Assembly (NCBI RefSeq): GCF_023055435.1
Contig: NW_025964112.1
Span: 63,984,001 to 64,048,000 of the forward strand
Direction: 5' to 3'
Origin: Haliotis rufescens
Lineage: Eukaryota
Length of the DNA stretch: 64,000 bases
Shown: positions 1 through 12,700 of the stretch, in pieces
How positions within the stretch are numbered: the stretch's first letter is position 1
Layout: the number at the start of each line of letters is the position of its first letter
Notes under the pieces: generated by a model
The model's input: only the letters and a program-made list of their open reading frames with translations
What the model was told of the DNA's origin: nothing
Database searches by the model: none
Made by a program: the position numbers and the translations under genes

Positions 1-70
1 CCTGTAATGGGATGTCCTCAGATCTTTGTTTGGCAGTAGTGAGAACTAAGATTTGATTTAAATGTGATTG
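1..70. mobile_element. Right terminal inverted repeat of MITE family B (truncated by window edge)
   Basis: gtaatgggatgtcctcagatctttgttt...gagaactaagatttgatttaaatgtgattg matches the TIR of the copies at 33369-33857 and 40071-40572. Confidence 0.8.
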
Positions 71-188
71 ACTGTTACGAGACTCTGGCTTGTGTCCAGC
101 AGGTAACTGATTGTACACATGAAATGTCTAACCATAACACAGACTAGGCCAAGAAGAAGCCACATTGCAAAATCTAGACTTTTCTTAC

Positions 189-930
189 CTGTGCATAGTG
201 CCCGGAAGTTATCACAAGTCTTTGGACACACATCCGAGAACAGCTCGATGACAACTCTACCAGCTGGAGAGGAAATAAACAGTTTATTCAACAGCTACTG
301 TGTAACATCAAACAAATTTGCAATTCAATAAACGGAAACAATGTAAACCTACAGTTTATCACAAGCATTCTAGTGTTTGTGTTGTTAAGATGCCTGAATC
401 TTTAATATTCAACATGAGAGCTATGACAAGCAATGCATGACGTTGACAGGTTCTAAAAAAATAATTCAATTCAATCAGTGACTGGCACTATATTGCTAAG
501 AGGCATCTTATCAATGAAGACAGAGTTGACTTTATTTAATCAGAATACAGAGGTTGAACTCCATCCATTGGTATAGAAACTGTATGCCCAATTGGAAAAG
601 AATCCATAAACTAGTTTTCAAGTCATATGTCGCACAAATGTTTAAGTAAAAAAATATATTCAAAGTTCACCACATGAAAAACATCATATTTTTTCAGAAA
701 ATACACATAAAATAGGCCGGGGGTATCAAAGTAAGGAGTGTATTTTCGAAAAAGGTCTGATATGTCCAGTTTGAGTTATAGACAAAACTTTACAATTTAC
801 TGACTTGGATACAAACTATTCCCCTGTTTCTTCCATTACAGAGAGAGAGATGGTGTGAGGGCCTACCTGCTTGTGCTCCTATCTGTACGTCCAGGAAGCA
901 GCGTGGCCTGTAGTTGCCTCCGACAGTCAT
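189..930 (-). CDS. PPIG: Cyclophilin G-type peptidyl-prolyl isomerase (PPIG/NKTR family), first two coding exons; gene continues left of the window
   Basis: Exons 930-867 (ATG at 930, acceptor tttctag just upstream, donor CAG|gtaggc) and 263-189 (ctccag|, ACAG|gtaag) join in phase 1 to give [47 protein letters not shown], closely resembling the PPIG N-terminus (RPRCFFDI...[26 protein letters not shown], from memory). Confidence 0.85.
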
Positions 931-3289
931 CCTAGAAACCAAGCAATACAGCATTACACTCACAGCAGTGCTGACGAGGCATAAAGTGGCATCATCCATC
1001 ACCACAACTCCATGAGACTGCACATGGCTCTTGTCTAGTGTAGAATTCAGATATTCAATATTGTCTTTTTTTTTTTTTTAATCACTCACGTTGTCCTCAC
1101 TTTTGTATCACAGAAACCCATAAACATGATAAATGACAGACTAACTTGCAGTTTACAAGATTTTGTTTGTGTGTAAGTCTGACAGCCAAACAAATGATGA
1201 CACTGAACCATAAATTTCAGTACACAGAAACAGAAGACTTGTATTATGATCGGGCATTACAAAAAATACTTAAGGACATATTTTTAATACATGTGGATAT
1301 TTAGTTACAGGTTCTGCAACAGCTGGCGGTTCTATAATCAACACACTACTCTAGAAGCCTATTTTCTGTCAATGTATTACAATGTCCCAATAGTTGATTC
1401 ACTAAAAATATATTTGATGACACACATCCCAATCACCATGATCACACGTCTTGCAAAAGAAAACCCAGTGTTGTAGTTCAAGGCAAAGTATATCAATCAC
1501 TGTTAAAGTCTTAAAATGTTCAAAGGGTTTGTTGAATTGTTTTGAGATTTGATTTAGTTGTATTTTGTTAACTTTATATTAATATAAAACTGTGCACAAG
1601 CATCCTTACTATCAAAGTGATCAACATTATCAATCCCTCATCAGTCATCTATTTCAGATATTCTCCAGAATTTGACCTGCATGAACACCATTTTACTATT
1701 TCCAAATTTACCAGTTTTTTACCTATTCCAATATGTCTATACATCATGTACATACATCAATAAAACACAAGATACCTGGTATTTGTATATTGGTTTGGGT
1801 AATATAAAAAGTAAGATTATAAACAAAAATCAGTATTTACATATATATTTACACTTCAGTATAATACCCAATCCGTGCAAGAGACATTTTTTAGTCTGCT
1901 TGCCTGAACTAGGCCCTTAGCTTAACTATTTGCACAGTCTAGTGTTATCATATGGACTTTTATTTGCTGAGCTTACTTGAGTGAACACAATTTTACAAGC
2001 AGGGATGAGAATGGATATTTTCCTTTTCAGCTGAAACTTCTTTGCAATGGAGCATGGACGATATTTAAGGGGGAAGCCATCGGATTTTAAGAAATTTGTG
2101 GTCACAAAAATACATGGAAGATTCTCACCCCTGTACTAGATACAGGCTTCAGGGTGGGTAGTGGTGAAAGTCTCAGACTGCATACCTCAAAAAATGTCTT
2201 TCTCATAGTAAATGTGAATAAACATTCTCCACATCTGTTTTGCTAAAACTGCATTCGCATAATACATGCATTCGGTTCCAACACAAAAGCTATGCTACCA
2301 ATACGCCTTCAATGCTTTTTATTCAAATAGATAGGAGGGCCTGTGTATGATATTGTAAACACATGTTAACACTGTCAGTGAAAGTTAATCAATTAGACCA
2401 GATTGCACAGACTGTACCATTTACAACTTGCACATATGATCATGCTGGACACTTCAATCCTTTATCCACTTTACCATGTAAGCCCGTAGGAGAGAATTAT
2501 CTTTTGAGGTTTTCACATTAAATCCATGCACAGAAATTGGTCTAGTCGTATACAACATTAGTCAATATTTTGTGTGTGTACACCTACATATTCCTGTGAT
2601 CCATGGAACACAGTCAGGGTTTCATGTGACAAACAAATGTGTGTCAAGTATGCATAAATGTAGAGAATGGATGCAGGAAAAAAGTATGCGTCCTGAGTGA
2701 TGCACAATAATATTCATTGTACCAACAGTGCAACAAGAGCAGTTTCTGGGGTCTGTTATTTCATCCATCAATCATGATCACTGTTCACATGATCATTGAT
2801 TCATGCCGGGCTCTTAAGTAATTATGCAAACGTAAAGTACACAAAACATTTGATTACTATATAGGACCCTCATATTGCCTTCCAGGACCCTTAAATAAAT
2901 AATCCACTAGACCCGCTCTTTCGTACGTCAAGGTAAAATCACTGCGCAGTCCATTCCGAACATGTGCCCGTTAGACTTAAAAAGTTCTGAATATATTGTC
3001 ATACAAAAGTGAGGACATACCCATAACAGGGAATCTGGTTGCTTATTATTAATGGATTAGGTAAAACATTTGGTTGGCATGGATCACCTTGTCTGAATGT
3101 TGTGTAAAAAGTAAGTGAACTACCCGGTGGAAATCGTTAATTTGCGGTCGATCTGCCGTCAATAATATCTTTCAACATATCATATACATGAAGTAAAGTA
3201 TCTATTTTTAAGATTACGACAGGAAGGTACCACCTGCCTATAGTTCTGAAAATGATAAACCGCTAAACGTTCTTGGTATACATGTGTAC

Positions 3290-3726
3290 CTAAATTCGCA
3301 CTTGTCTTTCCGGAAGTACGAAGGAAGATGTAATTGCAAGGTGAGGGGAGACATTAGTGAGTCATGGTATTAGGTATACATTTCTATAGGCGAAATGTGA
3401 TACATATCGAGCATCGGAATCTATAATTTATATTATTGTCATTCAATTCAGTGTGAAATTATCATATTAATAATTTGACATAGATATTTCTGTCAAAGCT
3501 TGAGGTGAACACCCCTAAATATTTCGTATTGGGATGATCCAAAATAACCTCCAACGCTATATCTGTACATTTTTTCATACCTTCTTTAGAAAACACTCTG
3601 TTGGCTTATGTTTTAGTGTATATGATCACCGTATACTAAAAACGTGTTGTATAAGGTAAATATATAAAGTTTTCATATATATTTACTCAATGAAACATTT
3701 GTGACGAGAGTAGAATACTAAACAAC
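3290..3726. promoter_or_regulatory. Putative bidirectional promoter shared by PPIG (-) and ANKMY2 (+)
   Basis: Locally CpG-richer sequence, ETS-type CCGGAAGT at 3310-3317, candidate minus-strand non-coding first-exon donor TAG|gtacac at 3290/3289, ANKMY2 ATG in caacATGGCG context at 3727. Confidence 0.5.
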
Positions 3727-6700
3727 ATGGCGCCTATCAAGAAAGGAGAACTGTCTGAATCAGAGAAAAAGCTATTTGATATCGTCCTCAAAGGTAAATA
3801 TTTTCTTGTTATAGAAGCTGCGTGAGTATTTTTATACTTCATAATAAATGCATTCTATTTGGTCACAGTAATGGTATATGTTTCCGGATTTTCCCTCGAT
3901 CACTAACCAAGCTAACCCGGTACCGTGGGATTGTCAGTAACGATTTTGCCACTGAATTGACTAAATCGCTTGGCACAATATTGCCATTAATATATGACAG
4001 GGTGCTTAAGAGATTGCAAATAATTATTTTATATCTTATTATTTATTCAATTAAGTCATTTTGCTTAAGATGTTCGCAGATATTCCACCTGAAATCATGG
4101 ACTAGCCTATATCTGTTTTTCAGAATCTTCCAGAATATTAGAAATATCTTGAGAAAATGCATTTTATACTTGTCACATCAAACTCGCTTTACTCAAGTTA
4201 AGTTTCTCATATGCAAGTTGGGGATTAGGTGAGTGGTATCAATGCTGAACAGCTGTTGATGGTGAATAATTATCGGGCCTGGAGGGGGCCTAATTAGCGA
4301 TCAATTAGCACCTACCTAACATTGTTACAGTGTGAACATCACTAACTTCAGTGTCATACATGCGATCCATGTGCAGAACCACCCTACAATAACTTTCTTA
4401 TGGACTCCAATGCTTATTTTGAATAAGACTTCACAATCTCTTATTAATTAAATGAATGTACATTGTAGAAATGTTTACGTTCCACATGTTCCTGTTAAAA
4501 AAAACCATTACCAATAATATGTTTCCCATATTTATGTTATCAAGTGTCTTCATTGTAAATGTATTTGTCAAAAACTACGAACTGGAAATAACAATCAAGT
4601 TGTGTTCTCTGCCTGAGCTGCTGTTACATTTTTAGAATGCAGCAGCCAAGGCCAGACAGAGAACTGAACTCATGTATCATTGTATGTAAGAATTTTACTG
4701 TTGGCATGATTGTAGCTACTGTATTTGACGTAATAAGCGCCCAGGGCGCTCTCAAAATTAGAAATAGGGGGCTCTTATTAGGATAGTATTTTGGTGAAAA
4801 AAGTTTGTGAGTTGAAAGGTAAATTCTGTGGTTTATGCTGACAGCCTGAAATGTTTATATAGACATATATTATTCCAGAATTTAATTGCCCATAATTATA
4901 GGTGCATATAACTCAGGAGTGCGTATTGTATGCGAATAAGTAAGTCATTTGTACATTGATCAATCGGAAAGGGTGCTAATTGGGATTGTTCATTAGCCAA
5001 TATATTAGCAAATATCGCCGTGGGCGCTTAATAGAGCGGGGCGCTTATTACGTCGAATACGGTATATGTAATAATGTTAGTGCGACTGGATAGTAAAACA
5101 GAACATTATAAACAGTGCTCCAGATATGCTGCATATTTTTAAAAATTCTCAAAATAAATCACATCAATATAAATTTAATGTAAAAAAAATTTCAAATACT
5201 CAATAGTAGAGCAATATTGTGCATAATTACCCAATGTAACCTCTTACCTTTAATGTCACATGGAATGTCTTTACAGATCTTTAATTTACTGCTGGAATGG
5301 AAGCACCATGTATATGTGACCTCTGCTTCTGTGCTACATTTCGCTTATATTAACTGGTTTTAACTTGTGAGCTAATGCAACATATGACACACTTGGAATT
5401 ATAAGTCACCTGAAACAGAATTTTATTCAGAATTATATATTTGAAAAACATGTCTGCTCACTGGTTTGCAAATGCACAAGAGACAGGACCCAAAGGAGTA
5501 ATAGTGTATTGAATACCCTAGAAAACCACCAGCAAATGTTATTAACATGTGAGTAAATATTCAATGCCTCCAAAACTTATCTGGAGCCATGGTATGAAGC
5601 TATGATGTTACAGCTAAACAGAAGATTGATCTGTAATGAGATTTTGGTTTTCATTTCTGTCGTTAGGTACTGTGGAGGAGATCCGAGCAATACTGAAAGA
5701 GCCAGATGTTCGGGTGGACTGTCTTGACCAGGTCAGTGTCTTATCATGAAAAATGACATAAGTTGCTTTCTTGTTTGAAATATTGCCAGAAATAATCAGC
5801 ATATGCCTCATTTGATAAAAACAAAACAAAGCCCTGTATTATGTATATTATCATTGTTTTTATTGCCTAATGTTTCTTGTTCAAGATAAAGTTACTACTT
5901 ATAACATAATCCATGATCAATTTATTATTATGAACTATCATTATGCATGAAATTGAATTATAAATGCAATGCAGATTCATACAGTTTGCACATCAGTTTT
6001 ATTACTTACAATCATGAAAATATCTTGGTCAAAATTTCATGTAAAGATTGACTTTTTCCCCAGTTCATTGAGGAATGAATACAAAAACGGTGTGCATGTA
6101 TTGTTGATGACTGTGCCAATGTGCAGTGAACCTCTCCAAAATATCAACAGAAAAATGCGAGCAAGGGGCAGTCCCATTTTTTGCATTTATTTCATGTTCA
6201 CATTAATGTCATGTATTATTAATACAGTATTCAGGTAAATGTTTTTTATCTTTAGTCCGTTGGTTCCAAAGAGGGTATAGCCTCATACACGTAAACATAA
6301 ATCGTTCCTAACCTCCTCCATGCAGTTGCTTTCATAGAGGGGGCAAAGGTGGCCTAGTCGTCTAAGGCGCCGCAATTCGCTGTGCACAGTTGTGTCCCTT
6401 AGGTACTCCAGAAACCTATGATTTTTAGGTTGGAATCATGGTTTGCCCTGATTTTGTCTCTAGGTTTGTCAGCACCATACACGTGCTCATGGGTTTCACT
6501 TAAGTGGTAAATGTCTGAGACCTGCATCACTTTGGGCTTTCCTCCCACATTAAGCTGACACACCGTGATATAACTGGAATACTGTTAAAAGCGGTGTTAA
6601 ACCCAACTCACTCATTACTTTCATAGGGAAATCTCTGTATGTGTCTTGGTGTTAACAGAGTCTATGAGAATGTTTATTACCCCCAGTCCTAACAAAGTTG

Positions 6701-9700
6701 GCAGGGGATATAGAAATGGGTTCGGTCCGTGCGTGTGTGCGTGTATGCGTGTGTGAGCGTCCCGAAATCATTTCCGGAGCATAACTCAGAAACCGTTAAT
6801 ATTTCTCTATGAAACTTTGCATGTCTATCAGACGCATGCTGAACTGGTGCCTTTTGCTATTTAGAAATTTTTGAATTTTGAATTTTTTATGTTTCCTTGG
6901 CAACAAGTTGGACTTAGGTTCTATAGGGTAGAGTTCGTTTCCGGAGCATAACTCAAAACCCGTTCAATACTTTCTAACAAAACTTTGCATGTTTTCCAGA
7001 CACATACTGAACTGGTGCCTTTTGCTATTTAGGAATTTTAGAAATTTTTATTTTTTTTTACCTTTCCATGGCAACAAGTTGGACTTAGGTTCTATAAGGG
7101 TGGTGTTCATTTCCGGAGAGTAACTCAAAAACCGTAAAATACTTTCTTACAAAACTTTGCATGTCTACCAGGCACTATTGAGCACTTTTAGAAATTTTTA
7201 TTTTTTACGTTTCCATGGCAACAAGTTGGATTTAAGTTTTAATATAGGGTGGGTACACTTATGGAGTATAACAAATAAACTGTTAAATATTTCCTTGCCA
7301 AACATTGCATGTCTTTATATAAAGCACATACTGATCTGGTGCCATTTGATGTTAAGGAGTTTTAGGAATTTTTATTTTAGAATTTCCATTGCAGCTATTT
7401 TGACATGGGCTAAGAGAAATGTTGGGTCAGTTACCTGGTTTCGGACCATAACATGTTAAAATGGGCGGGGGACATAGATGACATTGTGTTTGTTTTTGAT
7501 TGATGAATAGCCTGTATGTTTCAGACTGGGATGACCCTGCTGCAGCATGCTGCCTTCAAGGGGCGGTATGAAATGTGTGAGGTTTTCCTTGCACATGGAG
7601 GTGATGTCAACTCAAATTACCATGACAACGGATACTCTGCCTTAATGTTTGCTGCCCTTTCAGGTGAAAATAGATTCTGAGACTACATTACCAAAGTTGT
7701 TGAATCAGAAAAACAATTCTTTTATTTTAATACTGAGTTACATTTTTACGGTAAGAGCCAGTAGTTGCATTTATTTGGAGACACATTAATTTCAAGATTT
7801 ACAGTAATGAACTATTGCCATGTTTTCTGCAGGCTTATGATTACATATAGTTCTTGAGTATGTTCAAGCAGGATCTGCTTGGCTGGTGAATTATTCATTG
7901 AGATGAATACAAGTCTAAAATACTACATGTCCGGAATTTGATTGTTATTTTCAATTTCTTTAAAACAATTCAAATTTTATGTTTCCACTTGCACAAGAAA
8001 ATTTGTCAGTAGTAAAATCCTGGATACAATGGTTACAGATGGACACAGAGGTAATAATCACGATAAATTTTTTAACTTATCCTGCATTACTCCGTATTAC
8101 ATTTACTGCTGTCTTTGACAGAGAGACGAACTGTGTGAGATCCAGCTGCTGAAGAAAGTTGTTTCCATCTGTCCAGGAAGCAGCGCCCCCTCCCACACAG
8201 TCGGCACGTGACCCGGAAGACATGACGTCATGTCAAAACTCATAACTGCTTTGTCAACCACATGGATCGGACGTGAACTGTATCCCTCAGTGGAATTATT
8301 AAAGAGAGCTTTCTTGGTCCTGACTTTCTTTCGTTTTCTACGACAAAAGTCTGCTGTATTACCTTTGCCTTCATTATATTGTTAATTGGTAATGTTTCTC
8401 GCTCGGGTTCTGACTCTCGTCACGGTTTTTCCGAGCGTATTGTTGTTTCCCGCCATTTTGGTTTACCGCCATTTTTTCCCGCCCTGTTGCGATTCACTAC
8501 ATGTCCACGTACTTTCGTGTTTTGTGTCTTGAATTCGCTCTATGGTTGGAGTTTTACATTAAGTTTAATGATTGTTTTCGGCGTGTTTGAAGCGTAATTG
8601 TTTGCTCTTATTAACTTTGTAACAAGAATAAGTTATGTTGAGTTACATTATGTTTCACGTTGTGTATTTACACATCGTTATGTTTTTTGCTTCAATTCCA
8701 GTATGTCTCGCTGCTCTCGCTGCCGCGGGAATAAATCTGGACGGGACCCCCACCCCTGCTGCCTGGACTGTACAACCCCGTGTACCCTCACAGAGCGTTG
8801 CAGTTATTGTAGTCCCCTGTCGCCAGTCGCCTTCACCGCCTACCTCAGAGTGTCTCGGAAACGATTCACCCAGCGTGTGCGTCGACTCGCCAACATGTCA
8901 TCCAACGTAGAGTCTGCCTCCCATAGCACGACATCCGACCGTACACGGTCTCCTACACCACCCTTACCGTCATCTGCTTCGACATCATCGTCTGCAGCAT
9001 CGCCCGTTTCGGGTTTCCTGTCACCTCTACCATCTACGACGACAACTCCGGCGCCTCCGATCTACCCGGCGCCTCTTGGTCCGGCGCCTCCGATGTACCC
9101 GGCGCCTCTTGGTCCGGCGCCTCCGATCTACCCGACGCCTCCGATCTACCCGGCGCCTCCGGCGCCTCTTGGTCCGGCGTCTCCGGCGCCTCTTGGTCCG
9201 GCGCCTCCGATCTACCCGGCGCCTCTTGGTCGCAAGCTCAACCCACCTCAGCGACGCCGACGGTGCCTCCTGCGACGCCGGCGACGCTGACGGCCCCGAC
9301 TACTGTTACTGCGATTCCTGAGGCCCCCTCCACATCGGGTGCTTCTCGGTCTCGAACATTGTACACCTCGTCGCCTCCGACTGTCTCTCGGCACTCGTCC
9401 AAGTCTGCTCGTTCCCGTCGTCGCTCTCGTAGTCGCTCTCGTAGTCACTCACCCGTACATAGACGACGACGTCGTTCCTCCTCCTCGGAAGGATCATTTC
9501 GCCCCAACTATGACCCTCCATCTCCCGAGATTGATACACACTTGGGCCTTTCACAGGTTGCTGATTGGTTGGCGGACCGTCTGGCCTCCGTCGCTCCCTC
9601 CCCGGGCTCCGATGTGGATAAAAAGTTGACGATCTGGTCTAATCCGACTTCTCTACCACCCGACCCAATGCTCACTGACCTGGTTACGGCGTTGGACGAG

Positions 9701-12700
9701 GACTTCGCTAAGTTGTCCCTCACGCCGTCGTTCAAGGCTCCGCGTTTCCGGCGGGAAGATTTCCCCGTCCACTCCTTCGACGTGGCCGACGGTGCACATA
9801 TCCTGGACGAGGACTTACATCGAATGACCGGGTCTTCTCAGTCCGTCACCATACGTATGCCGGACTCCCGACTCGCTTTCGTGGAAACAGAACTGCGCCG
9901 TACTTTGAAGCCACTATCTACACTTGCTTCATCTGCCAGAGCCATTGACCAGGATCTCGCTGAATCCAATCCTAACAGGATCGACCACTTGCGCACGGTT
10001 ATGACGTTCCAACTTCGCCAGATCAATCACATGCGCAATCACCTGAGAGCTGCGCTTGCGGAGATCACCACTACTCGATGGTTGGGTTACTTGACTTCCA
10101 CGGACTGGGATTCCGAATTCAAGCGTTCCTTACTACGACAACCTTGGTTGGGTCCTACCCTTTTTAATGGTGCTATCTCCGCTACCCACACCCGCGTCTC
10201 CAGTTTCGCCAGGGATGAAACTGCTCTCAGAGCCTTGGAGCATGTAACACACCAATCAGCGGCCAAGTCCTCCAAAGGCAACTATAAACCACGCCGTTCC
10301 TCCCTCAAGGTCGTCTCCAAACATACCTCGCCCTTTCGTGGGACAGGGCGTGGTCGTGGTAGAGCCCGTGGCACTTACCAACCCCGAAGGGATCGTCGCC
10401 CCGGCAAGGGGGCCGATTCCACCTCAAAGCGTTGACCGGCGGCACCTCAACGACTGGGACCTCCCACCCCCAGTCGTTCCGGTCACCGACACACCTGTGG
10501 GTGGGAGACTAGGCCGGTTTTGGAGAAACTGGTCCATACTGGAGGACCCGTTCGTCACCGACATCCTCCGTCAGGGTTACCGGCTCCCATTGTCTGCGCT
10601 GCCTCCTCTGACGTCTACTCCGTCAACGGCCGCTTATTCACCCCACCAGCTTCGGCCCCTTCACGACAGCATCCTTTCCCTACTGCAGAAGGAGGCCATA
10701 GAGATCGTACACGACCCGGCTCGACACCCAGGATTTTACTCTCCGGTGTTTCTGGTGCCCAAGAAGGGGACCACCAGCTGGCGCATGATACACAATCTCT
10801 CCACTTTCAACCGGCTCTACCTGGAACGTCCTCCCTACTTCCGAATGACGACGTTGCGACTGCTCAGGACGAGAATCTCAGCTGGCGATTCCCTGATCAG
10901 CCTCGACATCCAGGACGCCTATCTTCATGTCCCCATCCACCCCAACGACCGGCGCTTCCTCAGGTTCCTTTTCAATGGTACCCATTACCAGTGGGCGGTC
11001 CTACCATTTGGAATTTCTACGGCCCCGTGGCTTTTCACACGGATCACCCGCCCGGTCGCCGCCTACCTACACCTGAGGAACATCAACTTCGATCCATACA
11101 TCGACGATTGTCTCCTCAACAATCGGGACTCGGCGTTGCTACTGCGTCACAGGGATTTTACCCTGCGGCTCTTCAATCAGTTGGGTTGGATCGTCAATCA
11201 GACCAAGTCGGAGCTGATCCCATCGTTCCGTCTGCAGTTTATCGGGGGCCTGTTTCTCACGGATCTGGACCTCCTTCAAGTCCCCAGAGACAGGTGGTTG
11301 AAAATCCTCGCTCATCTCTTCCCTGCCCTTCAACAGGCTCGAACTCTCCGCCAATGGCAGGTTCTATTGGGTCTCCTCACGTCGGCTCAAGACCTGACTG
11401 CCAGAGGTCGCCTCCAGCTCCGTCCAATTCAACGGTTTCTCGCACCCTTTATCCGGCAGCAGGATCCGGAGTCCCTCATCGTCCTCCCGGTCCACCTCCA
11501 CCCCTTCCTCCGATGGTGGACGGTGGAATCGAACGTCTGCGGCGGCGTCTCCTTGACCGCGCTACAGCCCTCCCTCCACCTGTTCGTCGACGCATCCAAA
11601 CAGGGTTGGGGGGCTCATCTGGGGACTCAAACAGTTGCAGGGCTGTGGTCAGGAGATCGACTCTTCTGGCACAGCAACAACCTCGAACTCGAAGCTCTCA
11701 TACTGGCCGTCTCCCACTGGCAGAACATTCTCCGGCACGGCCAGTTGGCCATCTCCACGGACAACATCACCGTGGTGTGGTGTCTGAGGAATCAGGGTAC
11801 TCTCCACTCTCAGTCCCTGCTCAACCAGACCTTCCGATTTTTCGACCTGGTGGACCGTTTAGACTTGCAATTCCTTGTTCAGCACATTCCAGGTTGCCGG
11901 AATGTTCTGGCAGACGCTCTGTCCAGGCCGGACAAGGTGGCTCCCACCGAATGGCGACTCCACCCAGAGATCTTCACAGTCCTTTGTCAAACGATCGCCT
12001 CTCCAAACATCGATCTGTTCGCCACGTCTCAGAACTGCCAGCTGCCGACTTACATCTCGCCGGTCCCGGATCCGGCCGCTGAAGCAGTCGACGCCTTCAG
12101 TGTTCCCTGGGAGGGATTAAGCGCGTACGCTTTTCCGCCTCCGGTTCTCCTTCCCAGGGTTCTTCAAAAGATCCGGGCCACTCGACACTTGACACTGATT
12201 TTGGTCGCGCCTTGGTGGCCGGCCAGAAGTTGGTTTGTCGACCTCCGCAACGTCGCCAGAGACAACCCTCTAGAACTGCCAGCGTGGTCCAACCTTCTGC
12301 TTCACCCACACAGTCGGTTGCCCCACCCAAGTCCCGCTCGGTTTCATCTGCACGCCTGGCACATCTGCAAAAAGCCCTAGGAGCCAAGGGCTATTCGACT
12401 AGAGCAGCCAAGGCTATTGCTTTCGCCCATCGTCCATCTACACGGGGACTATATGATGATAAATGGTCCTCGTTCCAGGTGTTCTGCTCTGACAAGCATC
12501 AGGATCCGATGACGGCATCCCCGCAGTTCCTGGCTGAGTTTCTTCTGTACTTGCGCAGCACGCGTCGATTAAAAGGCTCTACCATCTCCACGTACCTGGT
12601 CGCCATTAACTCCGTCCTTGCCATTCCGGACAACCGGAGAATGACGAAAATTCCCGAACTCCAGGCTATGCTGCGCTCGTTTCGTCTCGACGACCAGAAA

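Noticed and set aside
3822-4232. 136-aa ORF
   Set aside because: AT-rich ANKMY2 intron 1 sequence, non-ATG start, no recognisable motif
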